From the IMG/VR virus record IMGVR_UViG_3300009703_000002, positions 1-47,892 of that record: DNA of 47,892 nt. The stretch is one strand, 5' to 3'. Source of the DNA: a virus. Below, piece by piece: positions 1 to 9,844 of the stretch (position 1 is the first letter of the stretch; each line of letters begins with the position of its first letter). The notes under the pieces are model-generated. The model had not been told where the DNA came from. It searched no databases and saw nothing but the letters and a program-made list of their open reading frames with translations. The translations under genes were made by a program, and so were the position numbers.

Positions 1-123
1 AAAGCACTAATAATCCCATCTTGCCATTTAAACATTCCGGCTCTTGTTGAAGCCATATGACCATATAAAGACTGTCCTTCAGCTATCTGAGCTCGTGCTG
101 TATGAGTTTTCCAATCTTTTCCG
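1..123. repeat. Terminal redundancy, left copy (identical to 47770-47892)
   Basis: Direct reading: the window opens aaagcactaataatcccatcttgcc... The same string restarts at 47770 and runs to the last base. This implies a 47,769-bp unit genome. Confidence 0.9.
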
Positions 124-1556
124 GGATTTTCTTCTATCCAACGATGTCTTGAATATAACCATAAAGTAACTTGATTAGTTAATTCACCTACATCATATCC
201 TAAAGAACGTCCAAGTTTTCCGGGAAGACCTGCTGTTGTAGCAATCCCCTCAGTTCCTTTTCGATAAGCTTTTTCAAAGAGACTTTTATCTTGAGGAGAA
301 AGTTCTTTAGTAACATCTCGCCACATACCATGAATCATTTGATTCATATCAACAGCTTGCATAATTCCAGACTCTTCTAGAGCTTGTAAAACATCGTCAT
401 ACTCATCAACAACACGTCTACCCATATCATCTATTTGAGAGGCTAATGGTTTAAATGTCCTAGATTTCCCTAGTAATCCCATAAGAATTGGAATAATATC
501 TTTTACAGATTTAGCATAAGAAGGTGTCATAAACATAAGTTCTTTAGCTTGCTGTGGCTGAATTAAGAGCATTCTAGGAACTCTCCAGTATAACCAGATA
601 TGAGAACCAATTGTTTTTACGCCTCTCAGAGGAACAAAACCACGCTGTCCCCACTCACGAAGAACCTCAGCAGAGATGTCTGTCTTTTCAATAACATCTG
701 CAAAATAATTCATTGTACTCTTCCACATAATATCTGATGTGGTATTAGCAACTTGCTCACGATTCATTTGCTCAAATATCTTTTGAGCTGTAAGGAACTC
801 ACGTTCCTCTAATTTGTTCATTCGACGTAGAGCTACAATATCACTAAGTTGTTGAGGCCACTTTCCTTGTGAGAACTTACCAAAAGCTTTTAACCAAGCT
901 TTCTGACGAACTTCGGTTAAATCAGACCACGCTGTTGTCTTAGCCACATTACGAATAGCTTTTGTTTGAGCAACAAGAATATCTTCTATACGAGAAGGTC
1001 TATCTAATGAAGGTATCCGAGAACCTCGTTTATGTGTCTCTTTTAGATAAGTTTCATAAACTTTACTATCATGAATAATCTTATCTTCAATTTCTTTTTC
1101 TTCTCTACGAATATTATATGTTGCTTCTTTATTTTCAAGCTGAAGTTTTTCTAATAGATTATTAGCTTCTTTTAATGTACCTGCCATAGCAACGGCTTGT
1201 TTATGATCTCGTAGTTCAGAAGCAGCCACCTTCTTCCCATTAACCCAACGAGCAGTAGGAATTTTATCTACAACAAACCATTCTTTATAATGACGAGCTA
1301 TATATCCAGGAATCTTAGGTAATGCTCCTGCATAAATAGGCCCAAACTGGTGTTTAGGACTAACTACAGCATATTGTAGTACATGGTCTCCACTAAGAAC
1401 AGGAGAACTCAGTCGTACAATAGATTGATTCTTTGGAGTTTTAACAACAGTTTTATTTGTTATATCCCATACACGAGTAACGTCTGCGGGAACTTCTGTC
1501 AAAGCTTCTGTAGCATGGGCAATAAAAGCTCCTGATTCATCAAAGAGAGATTTCAT
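1..1556 (-). CDS. Large internal virion (core/ejection-like) protein, N-terminal part. It is the same gene as 46734-47892 once the redundancy is collapsed (about 863 aa).
   Basis: Manual translation shows the minus-strand frame open from 1703 to base 1 (...LIKDGMKSLFDESGAF...GQSLYGHMASTRAGMFKWQDGIISAF). The first ATG is at 1556, preceded by AAGGA. It is absent from the ORF track because it has no stop inside the window. Function is inferred from position only. Confidence 0.6.
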   Translation of the reverse strand, partial: MKSLFDESGAFIAHATEALTEVPADVTRVWDITNKTVVKTPKNQSIVRLSSPVLSGDHVLQYAVVSPKHQFGPIYAGALPKIPGYIARHYKEWFVVDKIPTARWVNGKKVAASELRDHKQAVAMAGTLKEANNLLEKLQLENKEATYNIRREEKEIEDKIIHDSKVYETYLKETHKRGSRIPSLDRPSRIEDILVAQTKAIRNVAKTTAWSDLTEVRQKAWLKAFGKFSQGKWPQQLSDIVALRRMNKLEEREFLTAQKIFEQMNREQVANTTSDIMWKSTMNYFADVIEKTDISAEVLREWGQRGFVPLRGVKTIGSHIWLYWRVPRMLLIQPQQAKELMFMTPSYAKSVKDIIPILMGLLGKSRTFKPLASQIDDMGRRVVDEYDDVLQALEESGIMQAVDMNQMIHGMWRDVTKELSPQDKSLFEKAYRKGTEGIATTAGLPGKLGRSLGYDVGELTNQVTLWLYSRHRWIEENPGKDWKTHTARAQIAEGQSLYGHMASTRAGMFKWQDGIISA

Positions 1557-1703
1557 TCCATCCTTAATTAAATCAGAGCGAAATTTTCTATCCACAAATT
1601 TATATAGGTGGTCTTGTATTCTACGGAAGCCTACATATTCACCATGTAATTGTATATTCTCAGCACGAGTAAGGTGTTGATTCTTAACAATGAAATCCTC
1701 TGC

Positions 1704-3476
1704 TTACCATACCTTACCCTCTTCTTCTCCAAGAATAGTCATATTAGAGAGTTCCTTAGGATGTTTAGTACCTAAGAATAAATCTCTTTGAGCATTGATA
1801 AAAGCTTTTTCAATATGACCTTCACGCCACGCTGTAGTAGCCCCTTTAACAGGGATTGAAGAATCCATTCTCATGTAGCTAGGGAAGATTGCTTCTCCAA
1901 CAGGACTATTAGCAAACTTAGTTATATCCAACCCTTTATGAAAAGCGTGTGCTGTTAGAGATTCAGCACCAAAAGATAGGTGCTCCCACTCATTATATTC
2001 CCGCTTGAAATCCCATTGAATATAAAATTGTCCATCACGTTCAATGATTTGAAAATTTCCTTTATCAGGAAGGCTCTCCGCCTGAGCCTCTAATTTCTTT
2101 TGATAGTTCTCAGCTTTTTTATGAGTTGAATATCCATAATAAGAGTTTCTACCAAAGACAGCCGTACCAGATAATTGATTTCTATCTGAGATAACATAAG
2201 CTTCATGTTGTGAGCCCTTACGTCCAAAGGCAGTTTTCTCTGGAGTAATGTCCAAAACAGAAGACGAGAGTAATAGATGAGAACGCTCTGTCTCACTCAT
2301 TAATGTAATGTATTGATCTCTCTCTGCGAGTATTGTATCTACATCAGTAACATGAGGATTAAATTCTGAATAGTCATACACAGCATTTAAATCTTTATCA
2401 GCCGCTGCAAGCTTATTTCTAATATCTGGATGAATAGGGCCAAACTCATCAGGAATCTTAGGTAAAACATATGTATTAAGAATCTCTGCTTTAGTTGTAT
2501 TAATCGCTTCTGCTGCCGCAGATGATTTTGTTTGTAGTACTGTAGCAGCAATATTACCAGCAGATTCCTTGGATGCTGCTTCTGTTGTTCCTAATGGGCT
2601 GGTAGGAGAAACCTTCTTTTTCCCTTTAATATGTTTAAATCCATACTTGTAACCACCAGCAATATTAAATGTACCTGTTCCGACATAAGCTAAAGTTGCT
2701 AAAGCAGCACTACCAGTAGCTTCAAGAGTAGCATCTCCAAGAGCTTTAAAAGGGATATCAATTATTTCAGCAATATCAGCTAGATTCTGCTCAATTTCTT
2801 TTCCTTTTTCAGTAGTAGGATTTTGTCCCCATTCACCAACAAGATCAAGAATTTTCTCAGCATGAACTTTTTTTGATTCATCTTCTTGACCTAAATCAAC
2901 AAGAGAAGCAAATAGAGCTGCCCAGCCTAGAGGAATAGATAAAAGTAATTTAGATGCAAGTGACCGACTAACTTCTACTGATCCTTTAACTTCTTTTTTC
3001 ATCCTCTCAGCAAAGAGAGAATAAGTAATAGCTGCTTTTTGAATAGCTCCTTGTTGTTGTGCAGTATTATCTCTAGGAATAACAGTAGCAGCATATTCAT
3101 TTTGAGCTTCTATATCTTCAATAGAATTTGATTCAGCAGTACTAGCAGATTGAATAAGAAATTTATCTCTAAGATTCTTAATTGGCAAACCATTAATTAA
3201 GTAATTCTCAATAATTTTACGTCTCTCAGAAAGAGATATAGACTCATCTACTATAAGTTCTTCTACTGATTTATTATAAATTTGTTCTTGTTCAGCAATC
3301 CATTTATTTCTTTCTTGAATAACAAGAGAAGATTGTCCTGTGAGGGTAGCCTCATTCAGTGCATTAATATAGTTTTCTTGTTTATCACCCTCAGCTACAG
3401 AAGCAGCATAAATAATTTCATCTTTATTTGGTGCTGGCCCTGTAGTAACATCAGGTATATTATATAGATTTTCCAT
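1704..3476 (-). CDS. Hypothetical internal virion protein (590 aa)
   Basis: Long ORF in the track, start-stop coupled to 3476-3931. It sits in the block of large proteins downstream of the tail tubular genes. No recognisable motif. Confidence 0.6.
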   Translation of the reverse strand: MENLYNIPDVTTGPAPNKDEIIYAASVAEGDKQENYINALNEATLTGQSSLVIQERNKWIAEQEQIYNKSVEELIVDESISLSERRKIIENYLINGLPIKNLRDKFLIQSASTAESNSIEDIEAQNEYAATVIPRDNTAQQQGAIQKAAITYSLFAERMKKEVKGSVEVSRSLASKLLLSIPLGWAALFASLVDLGQEDESKKVHAEKILDLVGEWGQNPTTEKGKEIEQNLADIAEIIDIPFKALGDATLEATGSAALATLAYVGTGTFNIAGGYKYGFKHIKGKKKVSPTSPLGTTEAASKESAGNIAATVLQTKSSAAAEAINTTKAEILNTYVLPKIPDEFGPIHPDIRNKLAAADKDLNAVYDYSEFNPHVTDVDTILAERDQYITLMSETERSHLLLSSSVLDITPEKTAFGRKGSQHEAYVISDRNQLSGTAVFGRNSYYGYSTHKKAENYQKKLEAQAESLPDKGNFQIIERDGQFYIQWDFKREYNEWEHLSFGAESLTAHAFHKGLDITKFANSPVGEAIFPSYMRMDSSIPVKGATTAWREGHIEKAFINAQRDLFLGTKHPKELSNMTILGEEEGKVW

Positions 3477-3931
3477 TAAGCTTTTTTCACAGGTTTACTT
3501 GGTTGCCACAAACTAAAACCAATATTAGCTATAGATTGCCATTGCTGTGCTGTAGCTTGCCATTCATTTGCTTTACCAGCAGCTCTAGCAGCATTAATAT
3601 TTTCATTAGTAGCCATAGAAGAGAAGTCTTGAGCAATATTTACATCTCGTACACCACCTCTCGATTGAGAAGTAATACTTGCTTGTCCTCCACTTATTCC
3701 AGAAGAACTTTGTCCTAGACCACTAGTAGCAGCAGCATTAGTAAGAGAAGCTCTAGCTATCCTAGCTTCTCTCATTATTTTTATTCTTTCTTTACTCGCC
3801 TCTAAGTCGGCTTTCCTTTGATTGATCTTCTCACTTCTAATACGAGCTTCTGTTGCTTTCTTATTCTGGCGTTTACTCTCTTCTCCAGATATATATGATA
3901 TAGCAAAGGCTGCTATGGCAAATCCAAGCAT
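3476..3931 (-). CDS. Small internal virion protein with hydrophobic N-terminus and Ala/Ser/Gly-rich body (151 aa)
   Basis: ORF track. N-terminal MLGFAIAAFAISYI hydrophobic segment followed by a charged helix. One-nt overlap with the next gene. Confidence 0.55.
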   Translation of the reverse strand: MLGFAIAAFAISYISGEESKRQNKKATEARIRSEKINQRKADLEASKERIKIMREARIARASLTNAAATSGLGQSSSGISGGQASITSQSRGGVRDVNIAQDFSSMATNENINAARAAGKANEWQATAQQWQSIANIGFSLWQPSKPVKKA

Positions 3932-3932
3932 C

Positions 3933-4391
3933 TTAATCTCCTACAAAACTGTTTATCTTAATTTTAGATAATTCTTTCCACCTATCTTTATCAAAAGGAA
4001 TCTCTGGATAAACAAACTCCCAAAACTCCCGCGCCTCATCCTCTGAGACAAATAAAGAATCAAAATATATTATATAATCTGCTAATCCTTTTACTTTCAT
4101 AAATCTTTCATAGAAATATTTTGTTACTAAAGGAAATTTTAATTTTGTTAAGGATTTATTTACGTCCTCTATAGGTCTCTCTATTACAATTAATTTCCTT
4201 GTTTTTTCTCTACACCAATCCATATCAAACCAAAGACCTGTATCACAAAGACCTCCATTAAATAAAGACATCTCTTGCTTAGAAAAAAATGCTGATGGGT
4301 CATGTAAACACTGACATTCATCTATAGATAAGAAATGTGAGAGCCATGTTGTTCCTGATCTAGGTAATCCTACAATAATATATTTTAGCAT
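3933..4391 (-). CDS. Sulfotransferase-like P-loop protein (152 aa from MLKYIIVGLPRSGTTW)
   Basis: GLPRSGTTW matches the 5'-PSB (PAPS phosphate-binding) loop of sulfotransferases. I place the start at 4391, where ATG overlaps the TAA of the upstream gene (TAATG), rather than at the track start 4427. Confidence 0.5.
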   Translation of the reverse strand: MLKYIIVGLPRSGTTWLSHFLSIDECQCLHDPSAFFSKQEMSLFNGGLCDTGLWFDMDWCREKTRKLIVIERPIEDVNKSLTKLKFPLVTKYFYERFMKVKGLADYIIYFDSLFVSEDEAREFWEFVYPEIPFDKDRWKELSKIKINSFVGD

Positions 4392-6736
4392 TATGGAGTA
4401 CCGTCCCCAGTCACTATTGTAGCCCAACCATATAAATGCAAGTCTTTACCTGTTTCAGAGTAAATTTTAAGAGATAAAGCTTTTCCTCTACCCCTAAGTT
4501 TATTCTTTGTAGTAATTAAAGCATCACCAGTATCAAAGAGGTCAGAAGCATCTACTGGGACATAAGCTCTTTTATATCTATAAGCTTGGAAAGGAGTTCC
4601 CCACTTACCACCAGAAGCACTATTAGCCCAATTCCATTGTGCTTGTACCATACAACTAGATTGATTATTAGAAACTAAAGTTCCTGCTGTATCAGTAAAA
4701 CCATCTTCAGTTCTTTTTAGATAGAAGAAAACATATGGAGACTGCTTATTTCGTATAATATCATCATATATTTCATATCCAGTTACTAAATAACTAGAAA
4801 AATCTATTCCTATGCCATCTGCTGTTTCCCAGTCTAAAAAGGAATTATTTTTAAATTGTCCTATTGTAAAAGAAGCTCCTTGAAAAATAAGAAATGAATA
4901 TGGTTCTGTTCGTATAGAAGAACTAGAGATTGGAACCCGGACTTGAATAGCATTAGCTTCTATTGGGTCATTATTAACAAAAACATCATCTGATACTGAT
5001 GTAATGACATGATTAGGTATTAAAACATTATCAGAAACATAAGGAGAATTAGAAGCTAGGGGCGATATAGTGTATTGATAAAAAGCTTGTAAACCTAAGT
5101 CTAAATTAAGTATCTTATTATACCTATTTAAATAAGCATCCTCTGCATAAGTGCTCTCATCATTATATAACCAACGAATGTGATGCTCATGTTCATCATA
5201 AAAACCACGAGTATTTCTTTTTGCTAAATCTGATATAGAATTATAAAAAGATTGTATTGTGGAAAGAGAAATATTTTGAGCAGAATATCTTCCAGTAACC
5301 TGATTTGGAGTAAGAACAAATATTCCTGCTTTAGACCAATAAGTAATTTCAGTTCCAGTTACAACAACTGTATTAGGATTACTGATACCAGAGGAAGATA
5401 TTTTACCTATCTGATAATTAGAGGCTTTAAACCCTCCTGTATCACCATACACCTCCCAAATACCATTCTCTGCAAAAACAATTAAAGAGTCTTTTATATT
5501 AACTAATTTAATTATTTTAGATATTTCTGGTATTGAAATTATTCCTCCATCAGTGTCTAGAATATCAGAAATTTCTGATGTAGGGTCATTTTCTTGGTAA
5601 CATTTTCCTAACTTATCTTCTCCAGTAATTACCTGTGAAAAGAAAATACTTCCTGTTGTATTAGGAGAATTAGTATCTGAATCTGTTATTTTAGAAGTAA
5701 TTCCTGCATAGAAAACTCTCCCTGCATAGGAAGCTATTGTACTTAAATTTCCTGTTTCTTTATCTAAAGACAGAGTATTTAATCCAGACAAACTTCTTCT
5801 TGTTTGTCCTCTATTAAAAGCATCTATAATATAAGCTCCTTTAGGAGCCTCTATATTATATATAGAATAGGTATTAAGTCTTTCTGGACTATATTTACCT
5901 ATATCAGTAAGTGTTAAACTATTTACAACCTCACCTAGTTTCCATGTATCAGCATTACTAGGATATACACCTAAATCAGTAGCAGTACATCTAATAGCTG
6001 TAAATACTGATGTAGAAGGTGTTGTTAGTGTTGGAGAAGGTACCCATAAACCATTATCATCTAAATGATAATATCTACCCCTAACATATCTATATGCTTT
6101 TACTCCACAAGTAGTGGATATATCATCATTCCAACCTTGATTTTTTAAATTATATTCGTGAGATTCTGACAGAGTTGAAGGTCTTTCATTAACTGACAAA
6201 CCATCTACAACTCCCCAAAAGTCTCTTGCTTGAATAGGAATTGTTGTTTGAGAAACAATATCTGTTGCTTCATCATAGGTCAATAAAACGGGTCTATCTA
6301 AATCTTCAGAGACTAAAACAAAAAGACCACTAATTACTGCTGTTTGAATTTCATTGTTAGCAAGCCCTGAAATACTTATAGAACTTCCTCCATTTAAAAG
6401 GCTTGCTGATGGAGTAGAACTAAGCATATTAATAAACCAAAGTTTATTGTATGCTCTAACAACACCTATAGATTTTGATGTTGACCCTCCAGGAAAATCC
6501 CATTTATGAAAAGATTGCTTACTAGATTTTAAAATAGTTTCTGATATTCCTGTAGCTGTTAATGAGTAAGAATTCTCATAATCTATTCCTTGTCTACGAG
6601 ACCTAGAGCCATCCATATGTAAATCAAAATTATCTTCATCCAAAGAAGCGTTCTCAGGATATGCTAAAGGACTTGCTTCAGTAACAAACCCTTTTATAAA
6701 AGAGACAAATTTCTTTTCTGAAACAACTTTAGGCAT
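4391..6736 (-). CDS. Tail tubular protein B / nozzle-like protein (781 aa)
   Basis: Size close to T7 gp12 and position after the adaptor-like gene in a podovirus-style module. This is an inference from order and size, not from motifs. Confidence 0.5.
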   Translation of the reverse strand: MPKVVSEKKFVSFIKGFVTEASPLAYPENASLDEDNFDLHMDGSRSRRQGIDYENSYSLTATGISETILKSSKQSFHKWDFPGGSTSKSIGVVRAYNKLWFINMLSSTPSASLLNGGSSISISGLANNEIQTAVISGLFVLVSEDLDRPVLLTYDEATDIVSQTTIPIQARDFWGVVDGLSVNERPSTLSESHEYNLKNQGWNDDISTTCGVKAYRYVRGRYYHLDDNGLWVPSPTLTTPSTSVFTAIRCTATDLGVYPSNADTWKLGEVVNSLTLTDIGKYSPERLNTYSIYNIEAPKGAYIIDAFNRGQTRRSLSGLNTLSLDKETGNLSTIASYAGRVFYAGITSKITDSDTNSPNTTGSIFFSQVITGEDKLGKCYQENDPTSEISDILDTDGGIISIPEISKIIKLVNIKDSLIVFAENGIWEVYGDTGGFKASNYQIGKISSSGISNPNTVVVTGTEITYWSKAGIFVLTPNQVTGRYSAQNISLSTIQSFYNSISDLAKRNTRGFYDEHEHHIRWLYNDESTYAEDAYLNRYNKILNLDLGLQAFYQYTISPLASNSPYVSDNVLIPNHVITSVSDDVFVNNDPIEANAIQVRVPISSSSIRTEPYSFLIFQGASFTIGQFKNNSFLDWETADGIGIDFSSYLVTGYEIYDDIIRNKQSPYVFFYLKRTEDGFTDTAGTLVSNNQSSCMVQAQWNWANSASGGKWGTPFQAYRYKRAYVPVDASDLFDTGDALITTKNKLRGRGKALSLKIYSETGKDLHLYGWATIVTGDGTP

Positions 6737-6903
6737 TATTTTCTATTTTCTAAAAAAGATTGTTTAACTATACTAGCTCTTTGTTCCGTTGTAAATAATC
6801 CTGTGAGGGCTTGTGGTAATTCTCCACCAGTAGTGAATTGCATTTTCCATAACCCTGTTTTAGAATCTCTCACAATAGCAATTTCTTTTGTAATCTTAGC
6901 CAT
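6736..6903 (-). CDS. Micro-ORF, 55 aa (MAKITKEIAIVRDSKTGLWKMQFTTGGELPQALTGLFTTEQRASIVKQSFLENRK)
   Basis: Found by manual translation and below the track cutoff. Its ATG directly follows the stop of 6904-7653, and its TAA overlaps the ATG of 4391-6736 (TAATG). It exactly fills an otherwise empty 167-nt gap. Confidence 0.45.
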   Translation of the reverse strand: MAKITKEIAIVRDSKTGLWKMQFTTGGELPQALTGLFTTEQRASIVKQSFLENRK

Positions 6904-7653
6904 TTACTTCCTCCCATAATTAGGGTATTTAATACCTTTACTAATTTTCCAAGCTTGTTGAGACATTCTACGACGTTGGGAGACTGAGTGTTGTTCTGCT
7001 TTTGTGTTAATTGTTTGCTTTAGTGTAGAGAAACAAGTAGCTTTAGCCTCATTCAATAAATAAGTAAACATTTGAACAGGCAAATCTGGAGTAAAAGTAT
7101 CACTTAAAGTAAAAGCAGGATGTCTTTTCCCAAAACATTGTGTCTTAGAAGTTTGAAGAGTACTATCTACAGCAGAATCAAAACTGTCAAAAACAATATA
7201 ATTATCATCAAAAGATGTATAATATGTTGGAGCAGTATTATTAAGAATATTTAAAGATAGTCCTGAAGGGTCTGTTACTACTGTAACAGTTGGAGCATCA
7301 GATAATCGTTGTTCACACAAAGCAGTAAATTCTGAAGGTGTTTTATATGTAACAGTTGAAAATCTATCAAATGTATCTGTTGATGTTCTTTTATTATATT
7401 TAACCCAAAGTACTTCAATAACTAATTCTGGTATTTGTACATGGCTAGGTTTAGTTACATCACCTAATCCTGTTAGAGTATAGAGAGATTTTAGCCAAGG
7501 CCATTCTAAACCATCAACAATATTATAGTAAGTTGATTTAATTATTTGAGCGACTTGAAGAGATTCTACTGTATCTGTAATAGAATTTACTTCATCACTT
7601 TCCATATCGGAGAGTATATCTTGAGTAATATCTAGTAAAGTTTGTTTAGCCAT
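6904..7653 (-). CDS. Tail tubular protein A / head-tail adaptor-like protein (249 aa)
   Basis: Position between the capsid block and the nozzle-like gene. The N-terminus LLDITQDILSDMESDEVNSITDT resembles gp11-type N-termini as I recall them. Unverified. Confidence 0.45.
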   Translation of the reverse strand: MAKQTLLDITQDILSDMESDEVNSITDTVESLQVAQIIKSTYYNIVDGLEWPWLKSLYTLTGLGDVTKPSHVQIPELVIEVLWVKYNKRTSTDTFDRFSTVTYKTPSEFTALCEQRLSDAPTVTVVTDPSGLSLNILNNTAPTYYTSFDDNYIVFDSFDSAVDSTLQTSKTQCFGKRHPAFTLSDTFTPDLPVQMFTYLLNEAKATCFSTLKQTINTKAEQHSVSQRRRMSQQAWKISKGIKYPNYGRK

Positions 7654-8240
7654 TATACAGAAATTTCTAATTTAGATATAAGAGAAGCATTCTCTATGGT
7701 AACAGTATCTCCAGCAACACCTCCTTCACCAGTTAAAAATGTAACTCCAATTTGTATATAATCAGTTGTACTCAAAGTAGGGAGAAAAGAATGTATTGTA
7801 AGAGCTCCAACATCAGAACCAGTACCTATTTTCCGTCTTATTCTAGGGCCTACTTGAACACCATTAACTAAAATAGTAAAACAAACAACCGCAGTACTTC
7901 TAGAACTTATCATAGAAAGACTTGCTGAAGCTAGATAACTTCCCGGAGTTACTACAGTAATCCTTCCTGAAGCTACTGTTGTTGTCATACCAACAGCATC
8001 TTCTTCAGTAAATGTTCCGGCAACAGGGTAATAAGTATCTAGAGCTGTGATTGTAGTAGCTGCTGTATTATTAGTAGTTTTACCTAAAGAGATAGCAGCT
8101 CCCACTCCGTCAGTACTTGGAAGAGCCCAAGACCCACTGCCTAGTCCATCTGATATATAGATTTCTCCAGCAGAAGCAGTTGAAGCTCCTTTAGGTTCAT
8201 GTATATAAGGGTCTTGTATTACATCATGCTGGACAGCCAT
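7653..8240 (-). CDS. Hypothetical structural protein (195 aa)
   Basis: ORF track; coupled by a 1-nt overlap to 6904-7653; Gly/Thr/Ser/Ala-rich. Confidence 0.5.
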   Translation of the reverse strand: MAVQHDVIQDPYIHEPKGASTASAGEIYISDGLGSGSWALPSTDGVGAAISLGKTTNNTAATTITALDTYYPVAGTFTEEDAVGMTTTVASGRITVVTPGSYLASASLSMISSRSTAVVCFTILVNGVQVGPRIRRKIGTGSDVGALTIHSFLPTLSTTDYIQIGVTFLTGEGGVAGDTVTIENASLISKLEISV

Positions 8241-8263
8241 TTATTATACTCCATTTTTATGTT

Positions 8264-8296
8264 AAAAAGGGGCTGCTGTTGTTACACAGAGCCCCT
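8264..8296 (-). terminator. Intrinsic terminator-like hairpin after the capsid block
   Basis: On the minus strand, AGGGGCT-N15-AGCCCCT (7-bp GC-rich stem) is followed by TTTT(T). It lies in the only real gap of this part of the operon (8241-8313). Confidence 0.5.
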
Positions 8297-8313
8297 ATTT
8301 AAGTTACGTTAGA

Positions 8314-8823
8314 TTAAGCAGTTGGTACAATATAAGAAACAAGCAAGCGAGCCTTACCTACAGTAGGAGCACTACCTGTATATAAAACACGAATAACTGT
8401 GTCTGCTGTAGTAGCACCAAGACCTGCTGTACCAGTTGCCAACTGAGCACCAGAACCAACCAAACGATCTCCATCAGCATCAATAGTAGCTAGTGCAGAA
8501 GATACTGCTGTAACCAAACCATCTGCATCAACAGCAGTAGTGCCGTCAGAAGCTAAATAAGTTCCAATTGTTAGGGCAGTTAAAGCGTCAAAAGCTGTCT
8601 CAACAACAACATCTGCTGATTTAAAGACAGAACCTGATGGAATAATTGCATCCAAACCATCAATAGCCCAAGCAGCCGCCGCGATACCTGTAGAAGGAGC
8701 AGTAAATTCAATTGAAAGATACTTAACTACTTCGTCTCCTTGATTTCCACCAAAATGACTATCTGTTGTTCGTACCCCATAAGGTACATTTACACCACGA
8801 AGGGAATCTGTTTCAAAAGACAT
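8314..8823 (-). CDS. Hypothetical capsid-associated protein (169 aa, Ala/Thr/Gly-rich)
   Basis: ORF track. It sits immediately downstream of the major-capsid-like gene and upstream of the terminator. Confidence 0.5.
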   Translation of the reverse strand: MSFETDSLRGVNVPYGVRTTDSHFGGNQGDEVVKYLSIEFTAPSTGIAAAAWAIDGLDAIIPSGSVFKSADVVVETAFDALTALTIGTYLASDGTTAVDADGLVTAVSSALATIDADGDRLVGSGAQLATGTAGLGATTADTVIRVLYTGSAPTVGKARLLVSYIVPTA

Positions 8824-8842
8824 AGTTTATTTCTCCTTTAGA

Positions 8843-9826
8843 TTAGTATGTAGAACCGCTTGTCAGAATAACACCAAGAGTATCTACTCGTTGTGCTCCA
8901 AAACCAAAGCGAGAAGTTGTTTGGAACTTATCACCACGATTATCAGGGTCACGCCAACCTTCAGTGCTAGGAGACCTACGCCATGCATGCATAATAGGTT
9001 TAGTACCATCATCTGCAACACTCATAAAGATATTAGCAACATCACCAATTTGTGCTGTAGTATTAGCTAGACCATATGAAGAAGCATTAATTGCTTGAGT
9101 TGCTGTCAATACAGGCAAATGATTTGCTGTATAAACATCCCAACCAAAAATGTTCTTAACAAACTTATGGTCACGAGCAAAACCTTCATTGACGATACCT
9201 TCAAACATTGGGTTATTACTTACATTGACCAAATTAGTTAGACTATTCAAAGTAGCTTCAACAATTGGATCAACTATAGCAATACGACCACCAGCAGGTA
9301 CATTTGCTTTATCAAATGCCAATTTCATAGCAATAAAATCACTAATAGACATTAGACGAGTTGTTACACCAGAACCACCTGCAATCCAGCGGTGAGGGCG
9401 GGTGTTAATTAAATTTACATCAGCAGTAGTTTGAGCAGCATTAGCTACAGCAAAGAAACGGCTTTCATGATTTGTTGCTAAGGCACGAGTCGATTCCATA
9501 GCTCGCATAGCCATCAAAGAGTCTACCTGAGAACCATCCTCACGTAGATCATCTGTTACGCGCCAAGCATCACCAACATAATCTGTAATAGATAGAGTGA
9601 TTGTACTAGTATCAATTGGATTGAATACCAAAGGAGTGTCTTCAGCAGCGTCTTGAATAGTAGCTGTACCTACTGTTTTGATATTAAGAGTTGTACCAGA
9701 ACCAAAGTCAGATACATCTCGCCACATACCTTCAGGCAAGAGATAATCTGGAAGATTCTCTGAAATAAACTGCGAGTATTGTTGTGCTTCAATAAAAGCA
9801 GTTGTATTAGTTGTATTTTGAGACAT
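8843..9826 (-). CDS. Major capsid protein (327 aa)
   Basis: It follows the scaffold-like gene and a consensus internal promoter. Size is typical of podovirus major capsid proteins, and a strong AGGAA-type RBS is present. No motif-level proof. Confidence 0.65.
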   Translation of the reverse strand: MSQNTTNTTAFIEAQQYSQFISENLPDYLLPEGMWRDVSDFGSGTTLNIKTVGTATIQDAAEDTPLVFNPIDTSTITLSITDYVGDAWRVTDDLREDGSQVDSLMAMRAMESTRALATNHESRFFAVANAAQTTADVNLINTRPHRWIAGGSGVTTRLMSISDFIAMKLAFDKANVPAGGRIAIVDPIVEATLNSLTNLVNVSNNPMFEGIVNEGFARDHKFVKNIFGWDVYTANHLPVLTATQAINASSYGLANTTAQIGDVANIFMSVADDGTKPIMHAWRRSPSTEGWRDPDNRGDKFQTTSRFGFGAQRVDTLGVILTSGSTY

Positions 9827-9844
9827 AACTTATTCCTTATAAAA

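Noticed and set aside
1-123. T7-style direct terminal repeat marking physical genome ends
   Set aside because: The repeat lies in the middle of a continuous ORF and has no flanking non-coding sequence. Assembly overlap of a circular or permuted genome is more likely. This remains testable from read termini.
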